DNA of 64,000 nucleotides. It comes from Trichoplax adhaerens. Taxonomy: Eukaryota > Animalia > Placozoa. Location of the stretch: positions 4,158,123 to 4,222,122 of the forward strand of contig NW_002060944.1 in assembly GCF_000150275.1 (NCBI RefSeq), read 5' to 3'. This document shows positions 11,717 through 25,300 of the stretch, in pieces. The notes beneath the pieces were generated by a model, which had not been told where the DNA came from, ran no database searches, and saw only the letters and a program-made list of their open reading frames with translations. Position numbers and translations under genes: made by a program. Positions within the stretch are counted from its first letter, which is position 1, and the number at the start of each line of letters is the position of its first letter.

Positions 11717-13318
11717 ACTTATTACCACAAAATTGTACTGTATTCTGTATGCCTAAATGGTGTCGGGTGTAATATGGATGATTTGCTCTTAAATATGTTA
11801 AATGTTTTTTATAATATATATAAAATATGAAATAACTCCCGTATTTGAATCTAGAATTATTATTAAAGCTCTAAAAAAATTGTCGCGTTCCGACAAAATT
11901 ACGGATTATAACTCAATTTAAATTATATTTTGACTTCTGTTTATATTACCAAAAAATCGAGTCATACACCTCCTACAAACAATCGCCCTATAGTACTAAA
12001 GTCTGTTACAGTAACTTGTGCTCTAACTTCCAAATCAACAATTATTATCGAGTTATTTAGGTTTTATAAGGGTTACATTGTTAGTTCACCAGATATCCTG
12101 GAGTAATTAATACCGCTAATCTTAACACCGTTACATATTACAGTTTGTTGTCAAAGCGTATAAAATTCGATACATGCGTTTATAAGTGGATAAGAAAAGG
12201 TACTTCTGTATACAGTTCTGTATTTACAGTTAATAATAAATAATTCATACAGCCAAAAACACTTTCACTGTGAAATCAAAAAATCAATGTACGCGTATAT
12301 ACAGTATATCTTAATTTTGCTCGTACATTAACATAAGCAGAAAACTTATGCATTGATGTAATGCAACAGGAAATGTTGATATATTTAAGAATTATATTTT
12401 TTCTGTAATTTTAAAAATCGCATTTGTACTTTGTAGACAGAATCTTACTAAATATACTCATATCGTAATTTTCAGGCCCAGTTTTGATGCAGTATAAAAT
12501 AGTTTCTCTTCTTCTAAAGAGTTATCAGTGCACTATAGATGCCTAATTGGAAATTTACCTACAAAGTGCTAAAATAGAGTTTCTAATTGATGTAATCTAT
12601 AGTAGGATTGCAGTATTAATGCAAACATTTATTGTAATAGGTAAGTCTTGCAGTGGAATATCCCATAGAGACAATTGCCGACTAAAAAGGCTCACGCTTA
12701 AAAGCCAATCCGTGGTTATTGTCTATTACAATTTATCAGATAGTTTGACAAATCTAACACGCAAAAATTAAATTAAATCGAATATCTTTTGGTATAGAGG
12801 CTATCCATTCCTTATAATACTGTCATCTTGCACTCATGTCGAGTGCTAATTGAGACAATCAGTCGATCTGTACTTTATTATACTACCTGCCATGGTGGAT
12901 AAGAATGAACAAAAATTTAGAAATTAAAATTTACAATCAGTTACTTTGTCAATTTTGCAAATAGTTCGATATTAACTACAATATTTTCAAATATATTCAA
13001 AATATATAATCGTATTTGAGCAGGTAAACGTTACAATTGCCAAGGTACAAAAACGGCTTATAATGTCTTTCGCAGATAAAGATATAATAAGAATTAGATT
13101 TATCTCTATCATTGCAATTTACAGATGGATCGTTTCATGTCACTTAAATCTTGTTCTTATGATATAAAAGTACGACTAGCAACAACTAAATTAGAAATCG
13201 CAAAGTAACAATATAAATATTGCATTATTTTCCGCAATGCTAAATAAATCAAGGCTTTTATCGTTCATTAAAGTGTTTAACTGCTTATACGCTAGCTTAT
13301 TAAAGTATACATAACACG

Positions 13319-15640
13319 CTACAGTGCTATCATACCATCATCATTATCTGTAACGATTGACGTCCAACGGTTGGTACTTGGATTAAAGCGTTCAATGTTA
13401 TTCAAAAAAGTTGATCCATCGAAACCGCCAATTGCATAGATCCATCCATCAACATTTACAATCCCAACGTTAACCCTTGCGTGGTTCATGTGTTCCTTAA
13501 GCAAGATCCACTTGTTCGCTCGAGGATCGAAACACTCAACGGAATTTAGAGGCTGAGATCCATCTGATCCTCCGCAAACATAAAGAAGGCCTTCATATGT
13601 AGTTGCGCCCGCTCCTCTCCTGTTAGGATAAATTTAAAATAATTAATTATTGTAAGAAAGCAATCTCTTGCAAATACAAGCAGCATAGCGTATTCGTAAC
13701 ACTCAACTGCTGCATATATAGTGCACAATATCTGGTTGTAAATATTACATGGAGTTATATTTTTGCTTACCGTTTAATTTTCATGTCTACTATTGGATTC
13801 CAAACATCATTACCAGCATCGTAGTATTCTACTGAATTGACAACTGCTGACCACTTATCACAACCACCAACAGCATATATTCCTCTATCTTTATGCTCCG
13901 TGGCTACTCCTAATAACATCGGATTATCAGGCTACGTTAGCGAAGTCTATCTTCGTTTTAATAATACGGTTTCAATTTATGCATTGTTTTTATTTAATAG
14001 CGATAGCGCTAACTGCTAATGGTATCCTGAGGATAACATTATTGTATTACTGTCCACATCTAAAGTTACATAGAAGTACTTTTTCAGGTAATTATTATTA
14101 TCCTAAATATACCTAAATGGCTCCGTGCTGCAATCATCGGCTTTGCGATATTCCAAGAATTAGAAGCAATGTTACATATTTCCACATTGCTAAGAGTTCC
14201 TTTATCATTTTGTCCACCAATTGCAAAAATTTGATCATCTATAACTGTCGCACCCAAGCAACTTCTAGCAATTCTCATACTCTTAAATGGCTTCCAACTA
14301 TCGGTAATCGGATCGTAACGTTCACAACTTTTTAGATCATGAGAGGCATGCGAGCCACCTAAAGCATAAACATGATCCGATGATGCCGCAACTGCAATTC
14401 GTCCATGGCGCTGATTTACTGGCTGACATGTCAACCAAGTATTACTCGCCAGATTATATTTTTCCACAACATTTAAGCAACCTAAGCGATCATAACCACC
14501 TACAGCATACACTTCGTTGTTTAAAACTGTAACGCCAAAACTGCATCGCCCACGTTGCATAGAACCTAACAGCGACATTTTAACACTACCACCACTACCA
14601 TTGTTGGAACTTCTACACAGTAAACTCTCAGGCGATTTGAGATGGAGTGATACAGTGATCAGATTTGCATTATCGATTGCAACTAAAGCGGCGTAAACTT
14701 TATCACTGGTTTCACCAACAGCTACCACATGCCAGCTAAATATCGAGTTATCTTGTGGCGATAATATTAGTTGGCGAACAGCGATTGCTGAATTAACACA
14801 TTTTTCCGGGGTATGCTTCTCGCCAGCAGTTGGAGAAGAAGGACGAGATGATAAGCCATCGTTTCTATATCGCGATTGTAACGCTTTTTGCCTGACAGAT
14901 TCATCGAGTGAACTTAATTGCTTACTACTTAAGTTATCTATATCTGTTAATTCACCATTTTCAATTAGAAACAAGTATTGAATAGATTCGCCTAATCGAT
15001 TTCTCTGTCTATTTAACAAATTAGCATTTTTATGTAACCATTTTACTGTCTCCGCTGCATATTGTTCCCCACTTGGTCCACTTGTAGCAGCGTCTTCATC
15101 TATATAAATCTCAAAACGTAGCTGAGGAAGGTTTAGGAAAGCTTCCAAACGTGCCACCTGTTCTATATTATTACTAATGAATTTATCAGCTGCTACAATC
15201 AAATTGCTACACGAATAACTGCTAGCTAGTGTTCTGATATCCAAGCAATTATTTAGATCAACATTCGACTGTAAGTAGTTATAGCAGGCTTCCGAAATGC
15301 TAGAAATTTGTAATTTATTTGAAGCACGAAATATGGGTAAGACTTGCTCCGGGGTAATATTTATAGTACCAGAATAAATAAAATCGATTATAGTTTCTAA
15401 AGAAAGCTTATCTACACCCTCAACGCGATATGATGATAAATCTGCGGTATCTTCATCTCGTAACATCTGCTTAATATAACCACTTGACACTGCCAATAAT
15501 ATCCTATGAGCATTAACTTTTCCATCGTCTGCGACTAATTGGATATCGCATAATTCTTGCTGAATTCTTAACTTATCTAATGAGTGAACGACATTGATGA
15601 GGTGACGGTTGTCGTTAAAATGAAGATTTTCAGTAGCCAT
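13319..15640 (-). CDS. IVNS1ABP: BTB-BACK-Kelch protein, influenza NS1A-binding protein orthologue; exons 15640-14113, 13909-13771, 13619-13319; 655 aa
   Basis: BTB domain (LCDIQL..AHRILLA), FLNLPQLRFEI after BACK, a long linker, and six Kelch repeats (YAVGG, YALGG, FAIGG, YAVGG, YVCGG, YAIGG). Splice phases 1 and 2 are consistent (1968 nt). Confidence 0.88.
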
Positions 15641-18613
15641 CGTTTTGTTCCTACGTTAGGAAAAGAAAGGTGATAAAAAACGATTTAATAGGATCTAGAA
15701 TTAAGATCTGGTAGCTACGCGTATATTAATGTTTGAAAGTATGTTAAACTAATGTCGAATGTTGTACAGGAGATAGTAAGGAGGTACTTTAGCGATAATA
15801 CCGTATACAAAGGCCAATAAATCATAGTGATCTGCGAGCTAATTAAGTTAAGTAATGTCTACTAAATTTTGTAAGAGAAATAATTGGGCGTAGAAGCTCA
15901 CTAGTATTAGTTACCGTGTAAACGATTTCACGTAAAGCTAGGATATCAACGTAGTTAACTTGTTAACTGGCAAATATAGAGCAAAGTGCCCTATTACTAC
16001 AGTATAGTATATTACAATTCAGAACTAGTGAAAAATATGATATTTGTTAAATTTGTTTCGTACATTTATATACATCTCAGAGTGGGTAGGTTAAACAAAT
16101 AGCAACATTTACGAGAATGGCATTGGCTTGTAAATAATATCGATTTCTAAGAATGCTCTTTGATAGCACGCACTATTGTTAATGATGCGTAAACTGCATT
16201 CATTAGTCAACTAGTTATATAATGTACAGTGTACAGATTAAATCATATATTATTCACTACTGTAAAAGTATTGTACGGCATAATAGAGCGCAGTATATGC
16301 CAAAAAATATCCAGTTCCTACCGGCAACAAGGTACTAATTAAGGACATAACGACCTCGATTGCATGATGATTAGAATTGCGTATGACTCTAAATTAGTTT
16401 AATTTGTAAAAATGGATTGTACAGAAATACGAGTAATATACTGTACCGTAATATTGTGAAAACACCTTAGAATTTAGTAACATAACAAAATTCTGACGGG
16501 TTACAAACTCTAATGTAGAGTATGTTTATAATGAGGCATAATATATTTATTTATCGCAGGGTCATTATTATCCGCATTTGGGAAATCGTTCATTTGTTAA
16601 TATTTATAAGACTATGCTAGACGTGATTTTACCCTATCAAAGGTAGCTGCTGCATTAAAGATAATACTGCTACAGTATATCTACTACCGTACATTCTGAT
16701 TGCATATGGTTCAAAGCCTGTTAATGCTATTAATGTTACTAAATGAAAGAACATATGCTTATTATGCAGTGCCATAAGCTACCGGATTACGACTTTACTG
16801 ATTAGGTGCTGTGCAGCGTAAGTTCATCTGGTATTATGCTATAAATTTAACGCAAATGTTGTACGACGTATTCTGTGGGATTATTATTTGTTCCATTGCG
16901 TATCTAATATGAACTTCTTGCTATCGTCGCGAAGTTACAGTTAGATAGAAATATGAAGCTTTAGCTTACCCTTTTATAGCTAATTACAATTGTTAACTGG
17001 GAAGTAGGGAAGCAACTTTTACTGTCTATAAGGCATCGTGGGTTAGGAGCACTGTTTTTGCGGAACAAAAAACACTATAATCAAATTAAGGCATTTATAG
17101 ATATGCAGATTGCAATTCTAATTATGATGGGCCAAACCCGTTATAGGTAAAGGGTATTTTTGCTAGTACGATTAAGAGCAATTGTTGATTGGAAAGCAAG
17201 GAAGTAACAATTACACTGTCTATAATTATATAATTGCGGAACAACGTGCACTGTGGAATAATGGCACTATCGGTCACAGCATTTCTTTATGCTGGAGTTT
17301 TTGTAGGATACCGGAAAGCCGGATACGTAAGTATGCTAGAAACTGGTTGGACGATTGGGGGTGTGCAAATTGAGCATGGCAGAGCCGACTGTTACAAGTG
17401 GAAAGACAATTGGAGCTCATTCACTGCTACGTGCTGTACCGTGCAAGTGTACACAGTACTGCGTTGTTCTGGATATTTATTTATTTATGAGACATTTTCG
17501 TCATAGGATTGCATATGTATAAATTTTTACTTATTTATTTATTGTACAGCATTGATGCTATACTAAACATCTCTATTTCATACTATATAGCCTTTAGTAT
17601 TTTAGTGTATCGGTAGTGAATACAATATTATGACAAGTTAAGCCTAGTCAATCGAAGCTGTCATTCAATTCTTCAATAAATAATATAAATGATAAATAAT
17701 GAATATTCATAGATTTCGTTGGCGGGATGTTAAAGAACGTAGCAATGCGGCAAGATAAATAATATAATAGTCAACTATAAAATGTTTATCGAGTCCCTTA
17801 AATATTTCCTACTGTACCGTGATGCATGGCAAGTTTAGCCATTTTCTAAATTTGATTGCATGACATTTGGTTGAATTATGGCAATAAAGACAGGCAATTC
17901 GATTAGGATGTAGTCAAAGTTACTACAAACTAATTGCTGCTGCAGTACTATATAGTTACGCGTATGATATTTCATGAAAGAATATGCGACGAATCGTCTT
18001 GACACCTTGCCAAAATAGGATCACTACTGCACTGTTGTTATTACACTATATACATATTTTTTAGGTAAGCTACTAGAGCACCGTAATTATATAATTAAAT
18101 CTCCACATTTACAAGAATTGTACTGTATATGAAAGTATCTGAAATTACAGTATACAGAACTTATAAACAGGACAATCGACATAAATTACTATATAGTGTA
18201 TAAAGTGAATCTCCTATTTGTACAACGACGTATGATCTAGTATTTGTTGAAATAAATCTATCCTACATATGGGCACTTTACCAGTAGAATTAATTCTAGC
18301 AGCTTCAGAACTACCATACTTATAGAGAAAAGCAATCAAATTATCTAGGAAGTATCAGCTGTCTATTATATGTTTGGCCTACGGCATGCTCTTTACACAG
18401 TCGAAGAATATCAAAAAATCGGTAAAAATCATCGTTCAAAGTCTTTAATTAACATCACTCATCAACAGACTGTTTCAGAGCAAGAATACAACTTTTAGTA
18501 AGTTAACTATAATTCATTATACCGTCAATACTTTCTATTCAATCGATCCAGCAAGATTAATCTATCAATATTTATTAGATTACATATTCACGGCGGAGTA
18601 AATGAAAATTACC

Positions 18614-18800
18614 TCGAGACTGCACAAAGCGAAAACTTCAATCCAGGCTCTAAAGAGTTTAATTAGTCTCGTCCCTAGTTTACGAAAAATATTTTGGAAG
18701 TCTACGCCGACTACGCGTACGCACGTACACTAATCGAATGCATATAATTATAATTAATGGGACGGGCCATCGTGGGCGGGTATTATCAGAGGCATTAATA
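18614..18800 (-). promoter_or_regulatory. Probable IVNS1ABP non-coding first exon and promoter
   Basis: An acceptor sits 10 nt before the ATG (cgtag|GAACAAAACGATG, 15651). A candidate donor CTCGAG|gtaatt lies at 18614/18613, next to a CpG-rich patch with GGGCGGG at ~18774-18780. Confidence 0.45.
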
Positions 18801-19518
18801 ATAATATTGTACAATGCACTGAGTGAGAGTCTCTTCTCTTTTTAAAAGTCCCTACTATGGTACTAACTGAACTATGGTGCATTAATTTTTTAGTGTGCAA
18901 ACTGTCCATGAACCCGAGTGCAGCTCCTATAAGACTATTCTTTTGAGGTAACGTAGACTCACAGCTTACAGGCTGCTATACGTATATATATATAGTGGTA
19001 ATTTTTTTACCGCGAAATTTAAAAGAGGAACCGCGAAAACCAGAGTATACATACACGCATAGAATGCTGTAACCCTAAATTTCATGAAACTATTCTGGTT
19101 CATTTCTTCGCCAAAATTTTGCCAACGAAAACAGAGTCGTGCCGTATACTGTACAGTAAATATCTAAAACGTCCCGACTCTGCAAGTACAATAAACATTT
19201 TCACTGTGTATATTGTTATCGCCAATGTATAACATATATCACGGATTACTAGATATACAGTATGTGATATACAGATATCTAGTTGTCCATGTATATGTTA
19301 CGTATATGTAGGTGTAACTGTAAAGTTAATTATATACAGCAAAAAATTTTATTGTTATTGTTATATACCATAATAAGTACTAGAGACCCTAAGGTCTCTA
19401 CTGAACAGTATGCAGGTGAGATTTGGTTGGTATCAGGGTAAAAATAAACAGCACGTATTTTCCGGCGCCAACATTTATTATTTATTGGTCAAATCGATAC
19501 ATGCATAAATAAATACAA

Positions 19519-19598
19519 ACGATGCTAAAATTCGGCTCTTTCCTTGTGGTGCCATAACACGATGCTAAAATTCAGCTCTTTCCTTGTGGTGCCATAAC
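19519..19598. repeat. 40-bp tandem duplication (2 copies, 1 mismatch)
   Basis: ACGATGCTAAAATTC(G/A)GCTCTTTCCTTGTGGTGCCATAAC x2. Confidence 0.95.
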
Positions 19599-20361
19599 AT
19601 TTTTATGACTATGAGTGACATGCATATATCATCTAGGAGAGAGACTACAGCATATTACTATAAACGTTGCCAAAATTTTAGCATGAAAAAAGTAGTGACG
19701 ATGGTTTAATGATTTTAATTATCACTTATCAGTTTTTAACACTTAATGCTAATATTAACACATATTTCAAGAGGTATGTAACCATATGCTGTTACGTATT
19801 ACCCTATAGTCTTATATCATATAGCATATAATAGCTACAGATAAGAGATTCTAAATTGTTTAGAGGAAAGGATTTAAAAGAGCAATATTAACAATGAATT
19901 ATGTTGTCATCATAAAAATATGGTTACTTATATGAAATACGTGTTTCTTAATTTAAATCTAATTTGCAATTAAATTGAAATCAATAGTGATACAGAGTCT
20001 GAGATAATAAACGTGATGACAATACAGTATATAGTTACTGAATAGTTGACTACCTTATAGATATAACTTACGCGAAAGTTTTTTCAAAATAATAAACAGA
20101 ATTTTTAGAGATAAAACACAGGGATTCCTCTTAAAGTTGACCTTGATGATGGCCAGATAATACTCATGAAAAGCTACATTTATACAATTGCTTAGCTATA
20201 TTAAACACTATTGCTCAGATATTAACTGTTATTGAGGCATATAGTAGAATTGGATTCGATGATTCAAGCTGGAATATAATCAATATTCTTATTATAAAAA
20301 TAAATTTAGATTGATTGTTTTAATATTGCCTGATAATAAAATACAATGGTGATTGAAATAA

Positions 20362-20541
20362 TTCATTGTTGTAGAATTTCATCTAGTATTTGGTGAATTA
20401 GATAATTTGCTAAGACCCTGGAAGCATTACATTATAATTGCCATAATTGGAAATACATTTATTATTTGTTTTGTTACCGTATACCGTATCATGCGTTGTT
20501 CAATGACAACTTTTTTATTCAATCTATAATTGACTGAATAG
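20362..20541 (+). pseudogene. Class A GPCR pseudogene fragment (TM1-ICL1-TM2)
   Basis: Frame from 20431 reads IIIAIIGNTFIICFVTVYRIMRCSMTTFLFNL*LTE*. It shows the GN motif and the MR..T..FL.NL(A)..D/E pattern, with a stop at the conserved Ala position. No continuation is visible. Confidence 0.6.
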
Positions 20542-21287
20542 TTAAAGTTGAACTCAACTCGCATAATTGACTATATTTTACAAACGTTCAACAAATTTGC
20601 TACCTTATCGTGTCTAGCTCAAAGATGGTTTTAAATTAATCTGAAATTATGTAGTTACAGCCGAACATAATTTGTGCAACTCACTACATTCCATAAACAT
20701 CTAGCTATGGCATTCTAAAGATAGATCTATAACGTAACAGCATAGAATTTGATACACGTATACGCGTATTAAAGTATTCTCGTATACCTAAACATTTACG
20801 GCCTGAGGCAACAGATAACAAATCAAGGAATACTAAAGCGCCTCTCTACAGCTGGAAAATATTTAAACTATTGTATTTCAACATTACTATATTAATCTCA
20901 CAGTAAATAAATTTTACTTATATAAATCGCAACAACCATGAAGCAAAATTTGAAGCAAAGTCTTTTTTAATTAAGCTCGTTCAACATTGTTTTCGTACAC
21001 AAATGTTTGTTGTATATGTGTAAAATATCATATATTAAAATCGTGAAATGAGATGAATTACAGCTTAATTACTTGAATTATATATTTTAATTGGCTGAAT
21101 TTTAAAATATAAATTAGTTATCGATATCATAATCCCGTTGACGCCGTTGGACGTGATTTACAATATTTAATACGGGGTATAGTATCAGTTTTTGCAACAA
21201 TGATTATACTTGTTGTGATTGTCACACTTATATAGATCTTTAAATTGCATGTACTATACGTAGTTGAGTCAGTAATTAACCCAAATG

Positions 21288-24020
21288 CTACGGAGATAAT
21301 CGATTGAGAATCCACTTGGATTCATTTGTTAATTCAAAACAGATACGATCATGTAATCTGTTTGTTTGGCCTTGCCAAAATTCAAAATAGTTAGGCTTCA
21401 AAAGAAATCCTCCCCTGCAAAATTAAGAGTGTGGTAGTTATAGTATTCCAACACATGAGCACGGAATTGAAATCTTTTACATAGATACAACGATTATATC
21501 ATACGGCTCTACTCTAATACGAATAAAAATTACTGTACGATATTCAAATTGTCTACCGATAGCATTAAGTTTAAAGATTATTAGTACGTAACACACAATA
21601 TGAACTGCCTACCAGTAATCTGGCTTGGGAATTTCATTGGGTTCTGGATATTTCTTGTTCAAATCATTCCATTTATCTAAAAGATACTAAAAGAAAGCGA
21701 AATCAGCTCATATGGATGCTTATAACAAGTCAGTACAGTTTGCTATTTCCATAAACATGGAGAAGAAAAGTTATAATTAAATTTAGAATAATAAAAATTT
21801 CTCTAATATTATAGCATTATAGAATCTTTAACTAAAGGCTTACTGATAAAGTAATGTTACGTAGAAATTCATATTTGAAATATACCTGACGATTAGGTAT
21901 CGCTGTGCTCTGATTGCTTATGGCTGCACTAATCTGGCTGTCACGAGGGCGGCTATGAAAATACTTTTCCGACTCGTCCTTTGACAATTTTTCAACTGTA
22001 CCTTCAATTCTAACCTTGAAGAATAAACACTACCTTAGTTGTCAACGTATATAGTTAATTAGCAAATGAATTGAGAAATACAATGACTAGTACGAAATAG
22101 TAAATATAATAGTGTTACTACTGTTTTATAGACCAAACAAGAAGTATACACTTAAAAATTCAATTGAATTAGTATCGAGCACTCTCTTTCAACATGTACG
22201 AAAATCATCAGGATCCAATCTTGTCAAATTTAATTTTATGTTATTTTGGCCTAGCTGTGCTTGTTTGAATATCAAGTAGTTGAGACATTCTGGATAATTT
22301 TTTAAATATTGCAGATTAAACAGTCAATATAATAGATTACCTGTCTATGTAACGGAGGCCAATAGAAGAGTATAGCTGCTTGAGGATTGCTAATCTATTT
22401 CAATTAAAAATGAGGAGCTACAATTAACTGTTGATAGGTAAGAACATTAATTGTACTTTGTTTGCATGATTTAAAGGTCTAAGAGGGATACAAATTCAAT
22501 GTTAATACCGAAGTCATTATAGTCGAATGATACGTATATTGATAAATAGCGTATCCTGCTGATAAACTGTACATTGGATTCTTAATCAATGGTTAAACAT
22601 ATAGCTCGGGTAGGTTCGTAGCAGTACATAATATGATCTTTCGCTGGACTACGTCTTCCTATCAGTATTAGAATATATGATGTTGAATTTTTGTTCTCAA
22701 AGATTGAACAGTACACTGTAGGGTTTTCATTTGAACGTTCGGTTATGGAGATTTTTAAATCACCCTTTATTACCTGGTCAAAAATTTCTCTGCCAATTGA
22801 GGTACGTATTTATACGATACTTTGAAAATGTTTAATTCATAACGGGATGTGATAGATCAAGACGGTTGTAATGACTGTTACATGTCGTATGTTATCATAT
22901 AGCTGATCATACTATTATTTATAATTGTGGAGAGTACTGTATATTATGACATCAGTATCTCATAATGAAGCACTGTTATACATTTATTAATTCGTATGTC
23001 AAAGAGATCGAGTAAATTAATTATCAATCTTTCATACCAGTTGTTGTCCTTTGCGACTTTCGTAATTTGTATAGAATTTGATGCCATCACTACCATAACC
23101 TTTGAGGAGAACAGTCCGAGAGGATGGCTTTCCATCACTAAATAACAGATTTAATGGTTGATATAATTGATAGTGGAGTACAAATCAAGTACAGTTAACG
23201 TTGTAGAAAGCTAGTACAATAATAATAACTACAGTACAGTATAACAATCTAGCATGGCGCTGTATGGTCATCAAAATCAGGGCTATGTTGGAACTTGTTA
23301 CTTATGTGTGTACCGTATGTCTTGTAAGATATTGTTATTTTTAATGATTATATTATATAAATTTTGAATTGTAACCACTTTGTGATACTATTATATATAT
23401 ACTGTCATGATAAGCTAACGCGTAAAGTATGAGATGATATCAATACATAAGCAGGTTGAGGCTGACGAGTTTGCATTTCCTACATCAGTTTACAACTACT
23501 TTACTGAGTCCGATTGCGGCTTATCCTCAGTAATTGTAAGATAGTCTTTCTTTGTTTTAAATTGTATGTATGCATAGTTTATTTTGACATGAATTCAGTA
23601 AGCTACGGCAATCTCTTGATACTGTCTTTCTTTGCAGCATAGCCTCAAAATTTGACCCATTTTGTTGAATGTCTAAAGTTGCAATGAACTAGAGGAACTT
23701 GTAAGTAACAAGCTCGTTGGCAAACGATGCCATGAATGTCATCCATTTTGAACAAGGAGCTTAAGTAAACTATAAGACAATTTCTTTTCATTGAAGTGTA
23801 GAATGGTAAATCATTGTCACCGAGCGATTTACCTGGTACAAGTAGCTAAAGTCATTGCGTTCGGTTCGACAATACCGAATTCTTTTGCCGCTTCAAGCCA
23901 GGCATGGAACTGTGATATCGGATCATCACGCGAAGCGAGCTCTTTCTCCACGAATGCTGTCGCTTCCGATTCGTATTTTGTTCTAATATTGGAGAGATCG
24001 TACGATTGTTTGCTAGTCAT
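21288..24020 (-). CDS. PNPO: Pyridoxine/pyridoxamine 5'-phosphate oxidase; exons 24020-23833, 23137-23038, 22394-22341, 22014-21886, 21686-21613, 21414-21288; 223 aa
   Basis: Motifs [50 protein letters not shown] and [14 protein letters not shown]...RLSP. Phases are consistent (672 nt). Confidence 0.96.
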
Positions 24021-24081
24021 GGTCGCAATTTGAGCACAATTGAAATAATTATAGATGGCCAACTGTTTACAGTAATGAGCA

Positions 24082-25300
24082 ATTCGACGTTGCAAGCAGA
24101 TAGGATGGCTAACCAAAGCAATCCTGTTGTACATTCGTGAAAGCGTCAGGGTATTATCGATTGACAAGCACTGATCGTATCCACGTTAGCACGTACTAGC
24201 GACACAATGTGACGCAATTGGATGCAAGTCAACAATTCTCCAATCAGCCTCTCGACGTGTCTACCGCCGGGTTTGAAGTAAGATGGATACGTCCATAATG
24301 TACAGTACTACACGTACAGTACAATATCGTTTTGTGCTGTATACTGTACACTGTACACTGTACTGTACTGTACTGTATGGTATTGATTCGACGTTGCAAG
24401 CAGATAGGATGGCTAACGAAAGCAAGCCTGTGGTACAATGTACATTCGTACTGTAGAAGCGTAAAAGAGTGTTATCGATTTACTGTACTGTACAGTACTG
24501 TACAGTACATTCGTACTGTAGAAGCGTAAAAGAGTGTTATCGATTTAGAAGCACTGATACTGTACAGTAGGATGGCTAGCGAAAGCAAGCCTGTGGTACA
24601 ATGTACTGTACATTCGTACTGTAGAAGCGTAAAAGAGTGTTATCGATTTACAGTAGAAGCACTGATACAGTAGGATGGCTAGCGAAAGCAAGCCTGTGGT
24701 ACAATGTACAGTACATTCGTACTGTAGAAGCGTAAAAGAGTGTTATCGATTTAGAAGCACTGATACAGTAGGATGGCTAGCGAAAGCAAGCCTGTGGTAC
24801 AATGTACTGTACATTCGTACTGTAGAAGCGTAAAAGAGTGTTATCGATTTAGAAGCACTGATACAGTAGGATGGCTAGCGAAAGCAAGCCTGTGGTACAA
24901 TGTACTGTACATTCGTACTGTAGAAGCGTAAAAGAGTGTTATCGATTTAGAAGCACTGATACAGTAGGATGGCTAGCGAAAGCAAGCCTGTGGTACAATG
25001 TACTGTACATTCGTACTGTAGAAGCGTAAATCGATTTACTGTACCTGTACACTGTACTGTACAGTCGTAGAAGCGCCAGGGTGCTATCGATTAGAAGCAC
25101 TGATAGTATCCACGTTACACCTACTAGCGACACAATGGACTATGTGACGCAATTCGATGCAAGTCAAGCAAGGTGGATACGTTCATAGGGCTCAGTACAG
25201 TACTGTACTGTACTACAGTACTACACTGTACAGTACTGTATCGTTCTGTACTGTATAGTGTACACTGTACACTGTACACTACTGGACTGTATGGTATTGA
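24082..25300. repeat. Tandem duplication of the ~305-bp PNPO upstream segment; the second copy contains a 98-bp minisatellite (~5.5 copies, ~24407-25030)
   Basis: GGATGGCTA anchors at 24103, 24407, 24570, 24673, 24771, 24869 and 24967. CTAGCGACACAATG..GTGACGCAATT.GATGCAAGTCAA occurs at ~24196-24232 and ~25125-25167. TATGGTATTGAT occurs at ~24376 and ~25290. Confidence 0.93.

Noticed and set aside
24407-25030. CRISPR-like regular repeat array
   Set aside because: The units are contiguous near-identical 98-bp copies with no unique spacers, the context is eukaryotic, and there are no cas genes.
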